Assembly (NCBI GenBank): GCA_964461505.1 | Contig: CAYWUW010000003.1 | Coordinates: 37,680-101,679 of the forward strand | DNA from: an uncultured Candidatus Saccharibacteria bacterium | GTDB taxonomy: Bacteria > Patescibacteriota > Saccharimonadia > Saccharimonadales > HK-STAS-PATE-42 | Direction of reading: 5' to 3' | DNA length: 64,000 nucleotides | Shown: in pieces, positions 39,299 through 49,297 of the stretch | Layout: each line of letters opens with the position of its first letter | How positions within the stretch are numbered: position 1 is the stretch's first letter | Made by a program: the position numbers and the translations under genes | The notes under the pieces: generated by a model | The model's database searches: none | Told to the model about the DNA's origin: nothing | The model's input: only the letters and a program-made list of their open reading frames with translations

Positions 39299-40555
39299 CT
39301 AGAGGATGAGCGTGGCGAGACCGAGGAATGCCATAAAGCCTAGAACGTCGGTTCCAGTTGTAATAAAGATTGTGGCGGAGCTGGCCGGATCTTTGCCGAG
39401 GCGCTTCATAACAAGCGGAACGATTGTTCCGAACAAGGCGGCAACAATTAAGTTTATGACCATAGCCAGAGCCAAAACGATGGCTAATCTAACATCGTGA
39501 TCTTTAGCCAAGACGATAGCGGCGACCAAAAAGCCGTTGATAAAACCGTTGATTAAGCTGGCTCCAACCTCATTTTTGAGGGTTTTGAAAAATGATTTTA
39601 AGCTAACTTGGCCAAGAGCGATTCCACGAACCATAACAGCCATAGTTTGAGTGGCGGCGTTTCCACCCATTCCGGCAACTATTGGCATGTAGACTGCGAG
39701 CAAAACAAATTTAGAGATTGTTCCTTCAAAAAGCCCGACTGTGAAGGCTGCTAAAAATGCTGTTGCAAGATTAATAATTAACCATTTGTAACGGAACGAA
39801 ACTTTGGCTTTGATAGGATCTTTAACGCCTTCTTCTTGGCGAACTCCGGCAAAATCGTAAAGGGAGGCGGATTCACTTTTTTCCATAGCTTGCAGAACAT
39901 CATCAGAATAGATTATTCCCGCAACTCCATTATCATCCATCACAACAACTTTGTTATGCGGGTGAGTTTGAAAAAGTTCTTCAACCTCTTTTTGGGTTGC
40001 TGTTTTATGGATGGTGGCGATTTTTTTAACAAGCTTGCCAACTTTTTCGGATGATCGATTTAAGCCTAGTGCAGCGCCAGGAAGGTGCCCAACAAGTTGG
40101 CCTTCTTTTAGAACTAGCGTTACAGGAATTTTTCCGGTTCGCCTTTCGTGAAGCTTAATTTTTTTAGCGGTATGTTCGATGTTGTCGCCATCATCAACCT
40201 GAACATAGTTCACACTCATCAAAGCAGCGGCAGAATCTGATTCTAAGTAAAGCAGATCTTTAACTGCGTTTTGTAAATCTTTACTAAGTTTTTTGATGAT
40301 TGTTTTGCGGCGGCGCGGGCCAAAAAGATGGAGGATGTCGGTGGCATCATCAGGATCTAGCTTTTCGAGAATAGCCATCAAAGAATCTTCTGAAAGATTG
40401 GTAACGATATCTTTTTTTGTGGGCTTAGTTTGGCTGGCTAGAATTGCAATCTGCGTTTCAAGATCTTGTTCTTTAAAAATTTTGAGGCGATGTTTGGAAT
40501 TTATTGCAACCTCTTTACTAATTGCAAAAAGCTCGGCCGATTCTTTAAAGTTCAT
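39299..40555 (-). CDS. mgtE: Magnesium transporter MgtE
   Basis: MgtE N-domain, CBS pair, C-terminal TM domain ...MGGNAATQT..., TDVLGFMAFLGLA. Confidence 0.9.
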   Translation of the reverse strand: MNFKESAELFAISKEVAINSKHRLKIFKEQDLETQIAILASQTKPTKKDIVTNLSEDSLMAILEKLDPDDATDILHLFGPRRRKTIIKKLSKDLQNAVKDLLYLESDSAAALMSVNYVQVDDGDNIEHTAKKIKLHERRTGKIPVTLVLKEGQLVGHLPGAALGLNRSSEKVGKLVKKIATIHKTATQKEVEELFQTHPHNKVVVMDDNGVAGIIYSDDVLQAMEKSESASLYDFAGVRQEEGVKDPIKAKVSFRYKWLIINLATAFLAAFTVGLFEGTISKFVLLAVYMPIVAGMGGNAATQTMAVMVRGIALGQVSLKSFFKTLKNEVGASLINGFINGFLVAAIVLAKDHDVRLAIVLALAMVINLIVAALFGTIVPLVMKRLGKDPASSATIFITTGTDVLGFMAFLGLATLIL

Positions 40556-40609
40556 GTTTGTTTTTTAGATTAAACTTAAGTTCTTTAAGCTTAATAATAG
40601 CATATATGC

Positions 40610-40798
40610 TTACACGGTGCCTTGTTCTTCGATTACTATTCTGACAGTCAGACCTAATTGCTCTGCAACCATTATAGTCCATGAAAGATCTGGGAGTTTG
40701 TTTGCGCGATAGGCAGCAGGTAGGGGGATATTTGGAGATGCTTCTGTAGCACTGACCAAAGCAGCTTTAGCCTGTTCTTTAATTTGATCGATTGGCAT
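40610..40798 (-). CDS. Small hypothetical protein
   Basis: 62-aa ORF next to tRNA-Gln. Confidence 0.3.
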   Translation of the reverse strand: MPIDQIKEQAKAALVSATEASPNIPLPAAYRANKLPDLSWTIMVAEQLGLTVRIVIEEQGTV

Positions 40799-40871
40799 AG
40801 CTTGATGAAGTATAACTTTATGACGTATATCCTGAATGATTAGGTCTAAGAGGTGGATCTCGTAAGTTGAA

Positions 40872-40946
40872 TGGCTGGGGCGGTAGGGGTCGAACCTACG
40901 ATCTTCGGTACCAGAAACCGCTGCCGTACCACTTGGCCACGCCCCA
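40872..40946 (-). tRNA. tRNA-Gln (anticodon CTG), CCA encoded
   Basis: Reverse complement tggggcgtggccaagtggtacggcagcggtttctggtaccgaagatcgtaggttcgacccctaccgccccagcca. Confidence 0.85.
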
Positions 40947-40968
40947 TTTCCTGCTATAATTTTAACAT

Positions 40969-41739
40969 ATGAAGATAAGAAAAATCTTGCGGATAGTTGC
41001 TTTAAGTTTAATAGTTCTGCTGGCTGCGGTTTTGGTTGGCGGAATTAGTGTTTTTAGAGCTAATGAGGTGCAGGCTCCAAAAGTTAGGGATGAAGCAGCG
41101 CATAAAGAATCTGGTGAAAAAGAGACGGAAGCGACTAAGCTTAATATTACAGATCCGCAAAGTGTGTATGTTTTAGTTAATAAGAACAATCCTTTGAATC
41201 CTTTAGAATATCGGCCGGCAGATTTGGTGGCAGATGTTGTGCCAACCACGGCGAGTGATTCTAAAGATGAAAGATCGGTGCGCGAACTAGTGAAGGCAGA
41301 TTTGGTGCAAATGTTTGCGGATGCTAAAAGTTCTAAGCTTAATTTGGTTATGAACAGCGGATTCCGTTCTAGCACCGAGCAGGCTTTTTATTACAATAAT
41401 TATGTTCGGCAAAGTGGTGAGCTGGCGGCAAATAAGTTTTCTGCTAGGCCAGGTTATAGTGAACATCAAACTGGGTTAAGCTTAGATATTAGCTACGCCG
41501 ATCGAAGTTGTTATCTAGAAGAATGCTTTGGCGAAACGGAAGCTGGCAAATGGTTGGCAGCAAATGCTCATAAATATGGCTTTATTTTGCGTTATCCAAA
41601 AGAAAAGGAAGACATTACTGGCTATCAATATGAGCCTTGGCACTTTAGGTATGTTGGCAAAGATGTTGCTAGTAAGATTTTTGGGCAGAATCTAACTTAT
41701 GAAGAATATTTGGCTAAGCTTAATTTAATCAAGATATAA
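40969..41739 (+). CDS. D-alanyl-D-alanine carboxypeptidase (VanY/M15 family)
   Basis: SGFRS..EQ, SEHQTGLSLDI, EPWHFRYVG. Confidence 0.85.
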   Translation: MKIRKILRIVALSLIVLLAAVLVGGISVFRANEVQAPKVRDEAAHKESGEKETEATKLNITDPQSVYVLVNKNNPLNPLEYRPADLVADVVPTTASDSKDERSVRELVKADLVQMFADAKSSKLNLVMNSGFRSSTEQAFYYNNYVRQSGELAANKFSARPGYSEHQTGLSLDISYADRSCYLEECFGETEAGKWLAANAHKYGFILRYPKEKEDITGYQYEPWHFRYVGKDVASKIFGQNLTYEEYLAKLNLIKI

Positions 41740-41850
41740 AAGAGCTGGAATTGAATTCCACAAAGCGGGAAGAAAAAGGCTATTGACTGAGCTTAAGCTT
41801 AAGCGTAATATCTTAAGGTAAAGTACTAAGTTTTTAAGAAGGAGAGAAAT

Positions 41851-42180
41851 ATGGTACCAAGCTTAAGAAAATACATTAAACAACAAGAGATTCTAGTTAT
41901 TGCGATTGGAATTGTTCTGGGTTTTGCGCTAAAAGATTTTGTGGAAAGCTTTATTAGATCTTTTATAACTCCACTTTTAGATAAGCTTTATGGCGGAGCT
42001 GGAAGTTTAACTGCCAAAACAGTTGATGTTGGTGGAGTAAGGTTTAAACCAGGCGATTTTGCAGATGCAACAATAACTTTTGCGGCAATTATTTTGGTAG
42101 CCTATGTTGCTGTTTACACTTATAACACCGCAACTCATCAACTTCGCCCTAAAGAAGAAAAATCTAAAACTAAAAAATAG
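41851..42180 (+). CDS. mscL: Large-conductance mechanosensitive channel
   Basis: FIKQQEILVIAIGIVLGFALKDFVESFIRSFITPLL. 109 aa with two TMs. Confidence 0.75.
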   Translation: MVPSLRKYIKQQEILVIAIGIVLGFALKDFVESFIRSFITPLLDKLYGGAGSLTAKTVDVGGVRFKPGDFADATITFAAIILVAYVAVYTYNTATHQLRPKEEKSKTKK

Positions 42181-42200
42181 ATTTAAGCTTAGTTTTTTAT

Positions 42201-42238
42201 AATCTCTCTTAAATTATTCAATTTTGGAGAGATTTTTT
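42201..42238. terminator. Bidirectional hairpin terminator between mscL and the M50 protease gene
   Basis: aatctctc-(loop)-gagagatt followed by TTTT. Confidence 0.5.
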
Positions 42239-42851
42239 AGAATAGATTTAAAATGTATTGATTGATGCTCTTTAAGATTTGATTGATATTCGGGTAAATT
42301 ATTACCATAAAAAAGATGATCGAGGCAAAACCAAAAGATTCAATTTTATCCATAATGCTGCGTAAAGAATCTGGCGCAATTGCGTATAGAACACGAGAAC
42401 CATCAAGAGGTGGAAATGGGATTAAGTTAAAAACAGCTAGGCCGACATTAACACTGGTAAGGTAGGCTAAGAAAATAGAGAGGTAACCTGCTTGATAACC
42501 GACTACCGAAAGTATTAGGCCGGCTAAAATTGCAAGAAGCAAATTAGAAAGTGGGCCTACAACAGCAACTAGAGCCATGCCGTATTCTTGCCCTTTTAGA
42601 GCCCATGGCGTAACTTGAACTGGCTTGGCGGCTCCAAAAGGCTGAGCTCCAACGAGATTTAAGATTAGCGCTAAGGCAATGGTTGTGAGTGGATCTATAT
42701 GGTGCAAAGGATTTAAGCTTACGCGTCTGTTGACTCTTGAGCTGCCATCTCCTAAAAAGTAGGCCACTAGACTGTGCATGCTTTCGTGCACACTAATTGA
42801 AAGTGCTAGAGCGGTTATGACGATTGCGATTTCGGCTAGATCTAAATTCAT
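42237..42851 (-). CDS. Site-2 protease family (M50) zinc metalloprotease
   Basis: HESMHSLVA (HExxH) within a polytopic membrane protein. Confidence 0.7.
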   Translation of the reverse strand: MNLDLAEIAIVITALALSISVHESMHSLVAYFLGDGSSRVNRRVSLNPLHHIDPLTTIALALILNLVGAQPFGAAKPVQVTPWALKGQEYGMALVAVVGPLSNLLLAILAGLILSVVGYQAGYLSIFLAYLTSVNVGLAVFNLIPFPPLDGSRVLYAIAPDSLRSIMDKIESFGFASIIFFMVIIYPNINQILKSINQYILNLF

Positions 42852-43026
42852 GCTTTTGGGTTTAATTTTAGCAGATAAGTTTAATGCTGATCTAGCTATT
42901 AAGCTTAAGATTTTTGGGTTGGGATTTTAAGCTTAAGATTATTGTACTTAAGCTTAGCGTGGTTTTTGTGGGAAGCTTTATCTGAAGTTATCCAGAGATT
43001 GGCTGGGTAAGAACTGCACTAGGTTT

Positions 43027-43491
43027 TTATTTATAATCCGCAATGATTATCTTTTTTTGATTCATCATTATTTTGTAGGCATCTGGCTTATTCATTAGTT
43101 CGTTCATGTTTTTGGGAACAATTTGCCAGCTTAGATCAAACTTATCTTTACACCAACCACACTGTTCGGATTCTTTTACGCTTGAGAGCTTCTTCCAGAA
43201 ATAGTCGATCTCTGCTTGATCTGCACAGCTAACGGCAAAAGAGATTGCTTCGCTAAACTTAAATTCTGGCCCTGCGTTAATTGCTGTAAAGTGGGTGCCT
43301 TCAAGTTCAAACTCTACTACCAAGGGTTTGCCCGCTAAGCTTAATTGAAAATCTGCCAAGCCCTCTTCTACGCTGTTGGGGTAGTATTGAATGGAGAGTA
43401 TCTTGCTGTTTGTAAAAACTGATGTATAGAACTCGGCTGCCTCTAGAGCATTGCCATCAAACCATAAGTTTGGGACTATTTTTTGTAACAT
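43027..43491 (-). CDS. VOC/PhnB-like (3-demethylubiquinone-9 3-methyltransferase domain) protein
   Basis: MLQKIVPNLWFDGNALEAAEFYTSVF... typical N-terminus of this family. Confidence 0.6.
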   Translation of the reverse strand: MLQKIVPNLWFDGNALEAAEFYTSVFTNSKILSIQYYPNSVEEGLADFQLSLAGKPLVVEFELEGTHFTAINAGPEFKFSEAISFAVSCADQAEIDYFWKKLSSVKESEQCGWCKDKFDLSWQIVPKNMNELMNKPDAYKIMMNQKKIIIADYK

Positions 43492-43532
43492 ATGAACTCC
43501 TCTTATCTTTTAGGTAACTATCTTTAATATTA

Positions 43533-44399
43533 CTACAAAAAAAGAGTTGTTGAATTATTATTTTTTAGCGCATTCTGCGCACAAGGTTTGAGCCGAATGC
43601 CGCTATAATTAAAGCGGTTGCTAAAGATGCTCGGATTGAACCGCTTATATGGGCTACGACCAACATAGAACTTAAAACAGCTAGACAGCCGACTTGCCAG
43701 GTTAATTCTGCGGAAAATAAGTAGGATAATCTTTTTTCTTCGTTGGCATTTTTGTAAAAAGCGGTTGTGTAAGCAGTACCGCTTAGAGAGTTCACTGCTC
43801 CAGCGAGCTTGGTATAACTTCCAAACGGTCTGAAATGCAATTGTGGTCTTTCCGGTTCCTGTGGCTAGAGTCAGTAGAACTCTTTGCTCACCAGCAGAGA
43901 TAGCCTCAACAGCATGGTTAACTGCGTTTTCTTGGTAGTAGCGAGGACTATACTTACTTCTTTGAAAAGGCTCGGTTAGAACTTCTTTTTGAATATCGGT
44001 TCGATCACCAAGTGTCATAGAGAATAACTCTTCGGGCGTATGGTAGCTGGAGACCTCTTCACCTCTTCCGTTCTTCATATCGAAGAAGTAAATGCCGTGC
44101 CCGTTAGTGCTATACACAAAACGAATATTCAAAGTTTCGGCATATGCCTTTACTTGCTCAAGTCCATCGGTGATTTCTTTATCTTCTGACTTTGCTTCTA
44201 CTATAGCTAGCTTCTGGTTTTGGTATGCTAAGACATAATCTGCTTTTTTCTTCTTTCCTCTTTGGCCAGCACCGATTAGACGACCGTCCGTGAATGCGTA
44301 CTCAGCTATAACTTGAGAACCTAGAGTTTCGTTAATGCCCCACTTTGCAGACTGTATCTGAGGATCTATTAGTTCAAGGCGCGTGGTAGCTTCGTTCAT
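43533..44399 (-). pseudogene. hsdR: Truncated type I restriction endonuclease subunit R (N-terminal about 200 aa only)
   Basis: HsdR N-terminal domain plus helicase motif I (LLTLATGTGKT). Similarity then stops near 43810 and the frame continues as junk. Confidence 0.7.
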
Positions 44400-44411
44400 A
44401 TGTCTATTATT

Positions 44412-45611
44412 CTACATCACTTCCATGAATGCCTGGTGAAGCATGGATTGCTTAAGTTCGCCTATCTTCAGAAGTTTACGTTCCATAAATTCTAGAATAG
44501 CGGCTTCTTTACCCTTAAGTGAATTTACTTTTTCAACAACGGCCTCCTGGATTGTTAGCGGAGGGAGTGAAATAGGTAATCCTTTCAGAACCTTGACCGA
44601 CGCGACATTCTGAATTGCAGCACCACCAGTGTTTACAGCAAGCATTTCTTGGAAAACACTGCTCTCGATCCAGTGCTTCAAGTATAGGCCGTTCAACTTA
44701 TGCCCTATGGGAGAAAACTTCAGAAGAGCTTGATTAATAATTCCATCTTTAACGCCAGGTGGAATGACAGCAATTCTCCCGATCGTTCCTGAGCAGCTCA
44801 TTATTAGATCGAAGGGCCGAACCTGAAATCTCTGCATTTCATCAAACTTTTCTTTATCTACAAAATATCTGATGTTTGTAAAGTCACCATAAATCGCATG
44901 TCTTTGTTCATAAACTGCGTATCCACTTTTTTTGAAGGTATCCTTCTTAAGACTCCCCCCAAAAGGACCCCTAACAAAGTCGCATACGCTACCCAGCGGA
45001 AGGGCAGCGTAATTCTGACTACTGATGATCTGCTCGTTAGTGACTTTCTTGAACATATTGCGGAAGTTACTGTATTCCATTTGAGTGAGATCAGTTATTC
45101 GGTCGATTTGCTTAAAAGCAGCATCTAGTTTTGCCACAACTCTTCGTTGCTCACTAATTGAAGGTGGGGTTGGCAGGTCTATATTTCGAATGATAATCAT
45201 ATTTAACCCTCGTCGGTCATTCCCCGAGTCACCGGTTATCTTGCGGAGCTCATGGTATCTTCCTTTTAGGTTCCAATAAATCCATTCGGGCAGAACTTTC
45301 GATTGGTCTTTGGGGATTATACTTACCAAGGATTGATTGCAAGTGGCTTCGGTACGTAAGATTGCAACCGTTGCTCGTGTCTTACCCTGACCATTTAATG
45401 CAATCATGACTGAGTTGACGGGAAGAATTCGTGCGTTCGAGTTTTTGAGAGCTTCTTCTGTTATCCTGCCATCACAATCGTGTATCTCGCCTTTGTGTAT
45501 ATCTCCAGAAACAAGCCATTTAATGTTACCCCCTTGGAAATATTCCTTATGTGACCGACTCGGTGTACCCCCTGTCATCAGATTACATATGTCACCAAGT
45601 TTGACTGCCAT
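44412..45611 (-). CDS. hsdS: Type I R-M specificity subunit
   Basis: Two target-recognition-domain halves with conserved central and C-terminal helices. Adjacent to hsdM. Confidence 0.85.
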   Translation of the reverse strand: MAVKLGDICNLMTGGTPSRSHKEYFQGGNIKWLVSGDIHKGEIHDCDGRITEEALKNSNARILPVNSVMIALNGQGKTRATVAILRTEATCNQSLVSIIPKDQSKVLPEWIYWNLKGRYHELRKITGDSGNDRRGLNMIIIRNIDLPTPPSISEQRRVVAKLDAAFKQIDRITDLTQMEYSNFRNMFKKVTNEQIISSQNYAALPLGSVCDFVRGPFGGSLKKDTFKKSGYAVYEQRHAIYGDFTNIRYFVDKEKFDEMQRFQVRPFDLIMSCSGTIGRIAVIPPGVKDGIINQALLKFSPIGHKLNGLYLKHWIESSVFQEMLAVNTGGAAIQNVASVKVLKGLPISLPPLTIQEAVVEKVNSLKGKEAAILEFMERKLLKIGELKQSMLHQAFMEVM

Positions 45612-45613
45612 AC

Positions 45614-47074
45614 CTATAACTCAATCTCGTCTAGTAATTTTGATATTTCTAAATCAATTTCCTTGATGTCTTGCAAAATTTCTTTCGGTGACTTCAGCTG
45701 TTCAACTTCAGGTTCATTGGGATTCTTGACGCCTAGCTCAAATGTTGTTTTATCAATATCATCAATCTGTACAGTCCAGCTATTTTGACTATTCTCCCGG
45801 CTGCGTAACTTCTTTAGGAAATCAGCCATGTCACTAATGTTGAGAGGTGTGGTTTTACCTAAGTTACGCCCCACATCTAGCTGATAATAAAATATCTCTT
45901 TTGTAGGCTCTCCCTTCCTAAAGAAAAGTACGACCGTTTTTACCCCTGTTGAACCAGTCGCGCTAAAGATTCCCCCATGTAGATCAAGGATAGTGTGGAG
46001 ATTGAAGTTTTCCAGCAACTGTTTGCGGATTGCACCAGTAGCACCATTTGGTTCGTTTGTTAAGAATGTATTCTTGATTACAATTGCTGCTTCCCCGCCA
46101 ACACGAAGCTTCTTCATAAAGTGTTGAAGGAATAAGTTAGCAGTCTCACGGGTTTTAACATCAAAGTTGCGTTGAATCTCAGAATGCTCGCTTCCTCCAA
46201 AGGGTGGATTAGCAAGGATGTAATCATACCTGTCCTTTTCCTGGATATCATGAGTGTCTTCAGCTAGAGTATTCGTGTGAATCATGTTTGGAGATTCAAT
46301 TCCGTGAAGAATCATGTTCATCGTGCCTAGTAAATACGGCTCCGGTTTCTTATTCTTTCCAAAGAAAGTACTTTCTTTTAAGAACTTAAGTTCAGACGGT
46401 GTTTTGGTTTTCTCTCTGAGGTAGGAGTAGGCTTCTGTTAAGAATCCTGCAGAACCAGCAGCTCCGTCATAGATAGTTTTACCAAGCTCAGGATCAACAG
46501 CTTGTACTATGGCCTGGATCAAAGGACGAGGGGTATAGTATTCACCGCTTCTACCTGCACCACCCATGAGCTTTAATCTATCTTCGTAAAGTGCAGAAAG
46601 GTCGTCGAGTTCATCCTGAGTCTTAAACTCAAGCTTATCAATGATGTCTATTACCTCTCGCAGATTACGTCCACTCTGAATTTTATTTGTGACTTCACCG
46701 AATATCTCTCCTATCTTATAGAGAAGAGATTTTGGATCTACAGTTATATTCTTAAACTCTTTTAGGTAGGGAAAAAGTTTATTATTAACGAACTCAATTA
46801 GATCATCGCCTACTAGCTGTGCTGATATGTCGGCAGAGCCATCTGCTTTTTTAGGCGCTGCCCAATTGTCCCACTGGAACTCCTCTTTAAATAATGGCTC
46901 ATATGGCTTATCTGTGAATACCGCCTCTTGCTTACGAATATCTTCTAGGTCGTCAAGATACTTAAGAAAGAGGATCCAGGACATTTGCGCCATGTAGTCG
47001 TTGGCACCATTGGTACCAGCATCCTCGTGGAGGATATTATCGATCTTTTTAAACTCTGTTTGTATGTTTGTCAT
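45614..47074 (-). CDS. hsdM: Type I R-M N6-adenine DNA methyltransferase subunit
   Basis: HsdM N-terminal domain, ..DGAAGSAGFL.., ILANPPFGG. Confidence 0.9.
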   Translation of the reverse strand: MTNIQTEFKKIDNILHEDAGTNGANDYMAQMSWILFLKYLDDLEDIRKQEAVFTDKPYEPLFKEEFQWDNWAAPKKADGSADISAQLVGDDLIEFVNNKLFPYLKEFKNITVDPKSLLYKIGEIFGEVTNKIQSGRNLREVIDIIDKLEFKTQDELDDLSALYEDRLKLMGGAGRSGEYYTPRPLIQAIVQAVDPELGKTIYDGAAGSAGFLTEAYSYLREKTKTPSELKFLKESTFFGKNKKPEPYLLGTMNMILHGIESPNMIHTNTLAEDTHDIQEKDRYDYILANPPFGGSEHSEIQRNFDVKTRETANLFLQHFMKKLRVGGEAAIVIKNTFLTNEPNGATGAIRKQLLENFNLHTILDLHGGIFSATGSTGVKTVVLFFRKGEPTKEIFYYQLDVGRNLGKTTPLNISDMADFLKKLRSRENSQNSWTVQIDDIDKTTFELGVKNPNEPEVEQLKSPKEILQDIKEIDLEISKLLDEIEL

Positions 47075-47351
47075 TACTAGATATTAGTATGCCTTACAAA
47101 ATACTATTCAAAATAGCTGACACTGTGTTATCCTTATGTTTATATACAGATTAATTATATCTGCTGAACATGCCAGCTGTTAGGCAGTAACAGAAAATAC
47201 AATGAAATTATAGAGTGCGACGGCACAAGCAGATAAATACGTCCAAATACAAAAACAATACAAATTAATTACTTATAAACCTGGATACCCTAAATAGGTA
47301 TTTCTTAGGTGTTTTAGATGCGACCAAAATCGTATTGTTTTAACGTTCTTA

Positions 47352-48719
47352 ATGAAAGGAACAAGTATGGACGAGAAAATAAAGGTGGAGCACGTCGCTA
47401 TAGACGTGCTAAAACCAGCAACATATAACCCACGCAAGTGGAGTGAAGAAAAGATTCAGCAACTGAGTGAAAGTATTAGTAGCTTTGGCTTGGTGGATCC
47501 AATTTTGGTGAATGGAGCTGAGACAAGAAAGAATATAGTTATTGGAGGTCATTTTAGGCTGAAAGTAGCTAAAGACTTGGGATATGAAAAGGTTCCAGTC
47601 GTCTACATCAATATAGATGATGAAGCTAAAGAGAAGGAGCTAAACTTAAGACTTAATAAGAACTTAGGTGATTGGGACTTTGAACTTCTTAAAGACTTCG
47701 ACCAAGAGCTACTTCTAGATATTGGTTTTGATAGTGTAGAGCTTGATGAGATCTATACAGAGGATCTTTTGAGAGAAGATACTTTTGATCTAGCTAAAGA
47801 GCTAGAGAAATTGGATATTAAGAAGATCACCGTGAAGAAGGGAGATGTGTACGCACTTGGTGACTCAAGACTAATGTGCGGAGACTCAACTGTTGAGCAA
47901 GACTTCTCTACTCTAATGGGAGAGGATAAAGCGGATATGTGTATGACCGATCCTCCGTATATTCTTGATTATCTAAATGCTAAGCGGCATGGAAAGCCGA
48001 CGGAAGGATTTGGGAATAAGAGGAATAGAAAGTACTTAGAAACAGATGAGATCCCAGAAGACTTCACTGAACTATGGATGGCAAATGTTGCTAAGGCTGC
48101 AAAGCCAGACTTTTCAATTATCTGCTATGAGAATTGGAAGAATGTTCGAACCATCTGGAATGAGATGGAGAAGTATTGGAAAGTTAAGAATATGATTGTT
48201 TGGCACCTGGCGAATCGTCACCAGAACTTTGCTGCAAAGTATAAGTTCTTTTCGAAGCATGATATTGCTATGGTAGGTGGAAGTGGGACTGTGGAGTACA
48301 ACCACGAAGAAGAACCAGATGGCTTGCAGGAGGAATTTGAAACAGCACTTTATGCAATCTCTGGAAGACCTCAGTGGGAAGGTTATGCTAAAGGAAAAGA
48401 TAAGATGTTCCAGCCCACAGACTTTATTGATTTCAATGCAGATGATGAGAAGCACTCAGGGCAAGGAATTATCTTTGGGACTAAACCGCTGCAGATATTA
48501 ATACCTTATATAAAGGTATTAACTAAACGAGGAGATTTAGTGGTGGAGCCGTTTTGTGGATCTGGCTCTACTTTGATTGCCTCAACAAAATTGAAGCGGA
48601 GATGCTTCATTATGGAAAAGTCGCCTGTTTATGCAGAAGTGGCACTTAGACGCTGGGAAAAGGAAACTGGACTGAAGCGTAGATTAATATCAAGGTTAAG
48701 TGAAAATGAGGAGAACTAA
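47352..48719 (+). CDS. ParB-like nuclease domain fused to a DNA methyltransferase
   Basis: N-terminus YNPRKW..FGLVDPILVNG..GGHFRL (ParB/Srx fold), then CMTDPPY and FCGSGSTLIAS. The start may be the ATG at 47367. Confidence 0.85.
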   Translation: MKGTSMDEKIKVEHVAIDVLKPATYNPRKWSEEKIQQLSESISSFGLVDPILVNGAETRKNIVIGGHFRLKVAKDLGYEKVPVVYINIDDEAKEKELNLRLNKNLGDWDFELLKDFDQELLLDIGFDSVELDEIYTEDLLREDTFDLAKELEKLDIKKITVKKGDVYALGDSRLMCGDSTVEQDFSTLMGEDKADMCMTDPPYILDYLNAKRHGKPTEGFGNKRNRKYLETDEIPEDFTELWMANVAKAAKPDFSIICYENWKNVRTIWNEMEKYWKVKNMIVWHLANRHQNFAAKYKFFSKHDIAMVGGSGTVEYNHEEEPDGLQEEFETALYAISGRPQWEGYAKGKDKMFQPTDFIDFNADDEKHSGQGIIFGTKPLQILIPYIKVLTKRGDLVVEPFCGSGSTLIASTKLKRRCFIMEKSPVYAEVALRRWEKETGLKRRLISRLSENEEN

Positions 48720-49242
48720 AAAGTTAGAAAAAGGGCTAATAGAAGAACTGGAAAAGACTGGCAATGTATTTATAGCTTGCAATAAGGTTGCACTATCGCG
48801 CGCCACATACTATAGATGGAAAAATGATGACTTAGACTTCCGAAATAGAACTGACGAGGCCATAGAGATTGGTCGTGCGAATATGGCAGAGTTTGGAGAA
48901 TCTAAGCTTCTTAGAAACGTTGAGAATGGAGACCAGAGGGCAATTGAATTTCTGTTAAGGCATAATGATCCCCGCTATCGAAATATGAATGGCCGTGAAC
49001 TTCAGGAGCAAATAGATATAATTGAAGATAAGTATAGAAAAGATTTTGGCTTCTTATCTCAAATAACTACTGCTATATTTGATGCACTACCGGAAGAACT
49101 AATAGTTAAGATATTTAAGCTTGGTGATGGTATGAAAACACTCGATGAAGGACTGAGCGCTGCTGAACAGAAAAAAGTCAATGAAGTTTTGGCAAGCGCG
49201 TACCTATCTTCGGTTCTTAAAAGCCATAAAAAGAAGGACTAG
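48700..49242 (+). CDS. HTH protein resembling phage terminase small subunit / homeodomain-like regulators
   Basis: ACNKVALSRATYYRWKNDDLDFRNR... Confidence 0.5.
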   Translation: MKMRRTKKLEKGLIEELEKTGNVFIACNKVALSRATYYRWKNDDLDFRNRTDEAIEIGRANMAEFGESKLLRNVENGDQRAIEFLLRHNDPRYRNMNGRELQEQIDIIEDKYRKDFGFLSQITTAIFDALPEELIVKIFKLGDGMKTLDEGLSAAEQKKVNEVLASAYLSSVLKSHKKKD

Positions 49243-49297
49243 TGTTGTAACCTTTGATATTGAAACCTCAAGCTTATGGATGTTATTAATTATAGTA

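Noticed and set aside
43565-43840. 91-aa hydrophobic ORF overlapping the tail of the truncated hsdR frame.
   Set aside because: It could be a remnant of a disrupted host membrane-protein gene, but it has no start context or recognisable family, so it is not called as a gene.
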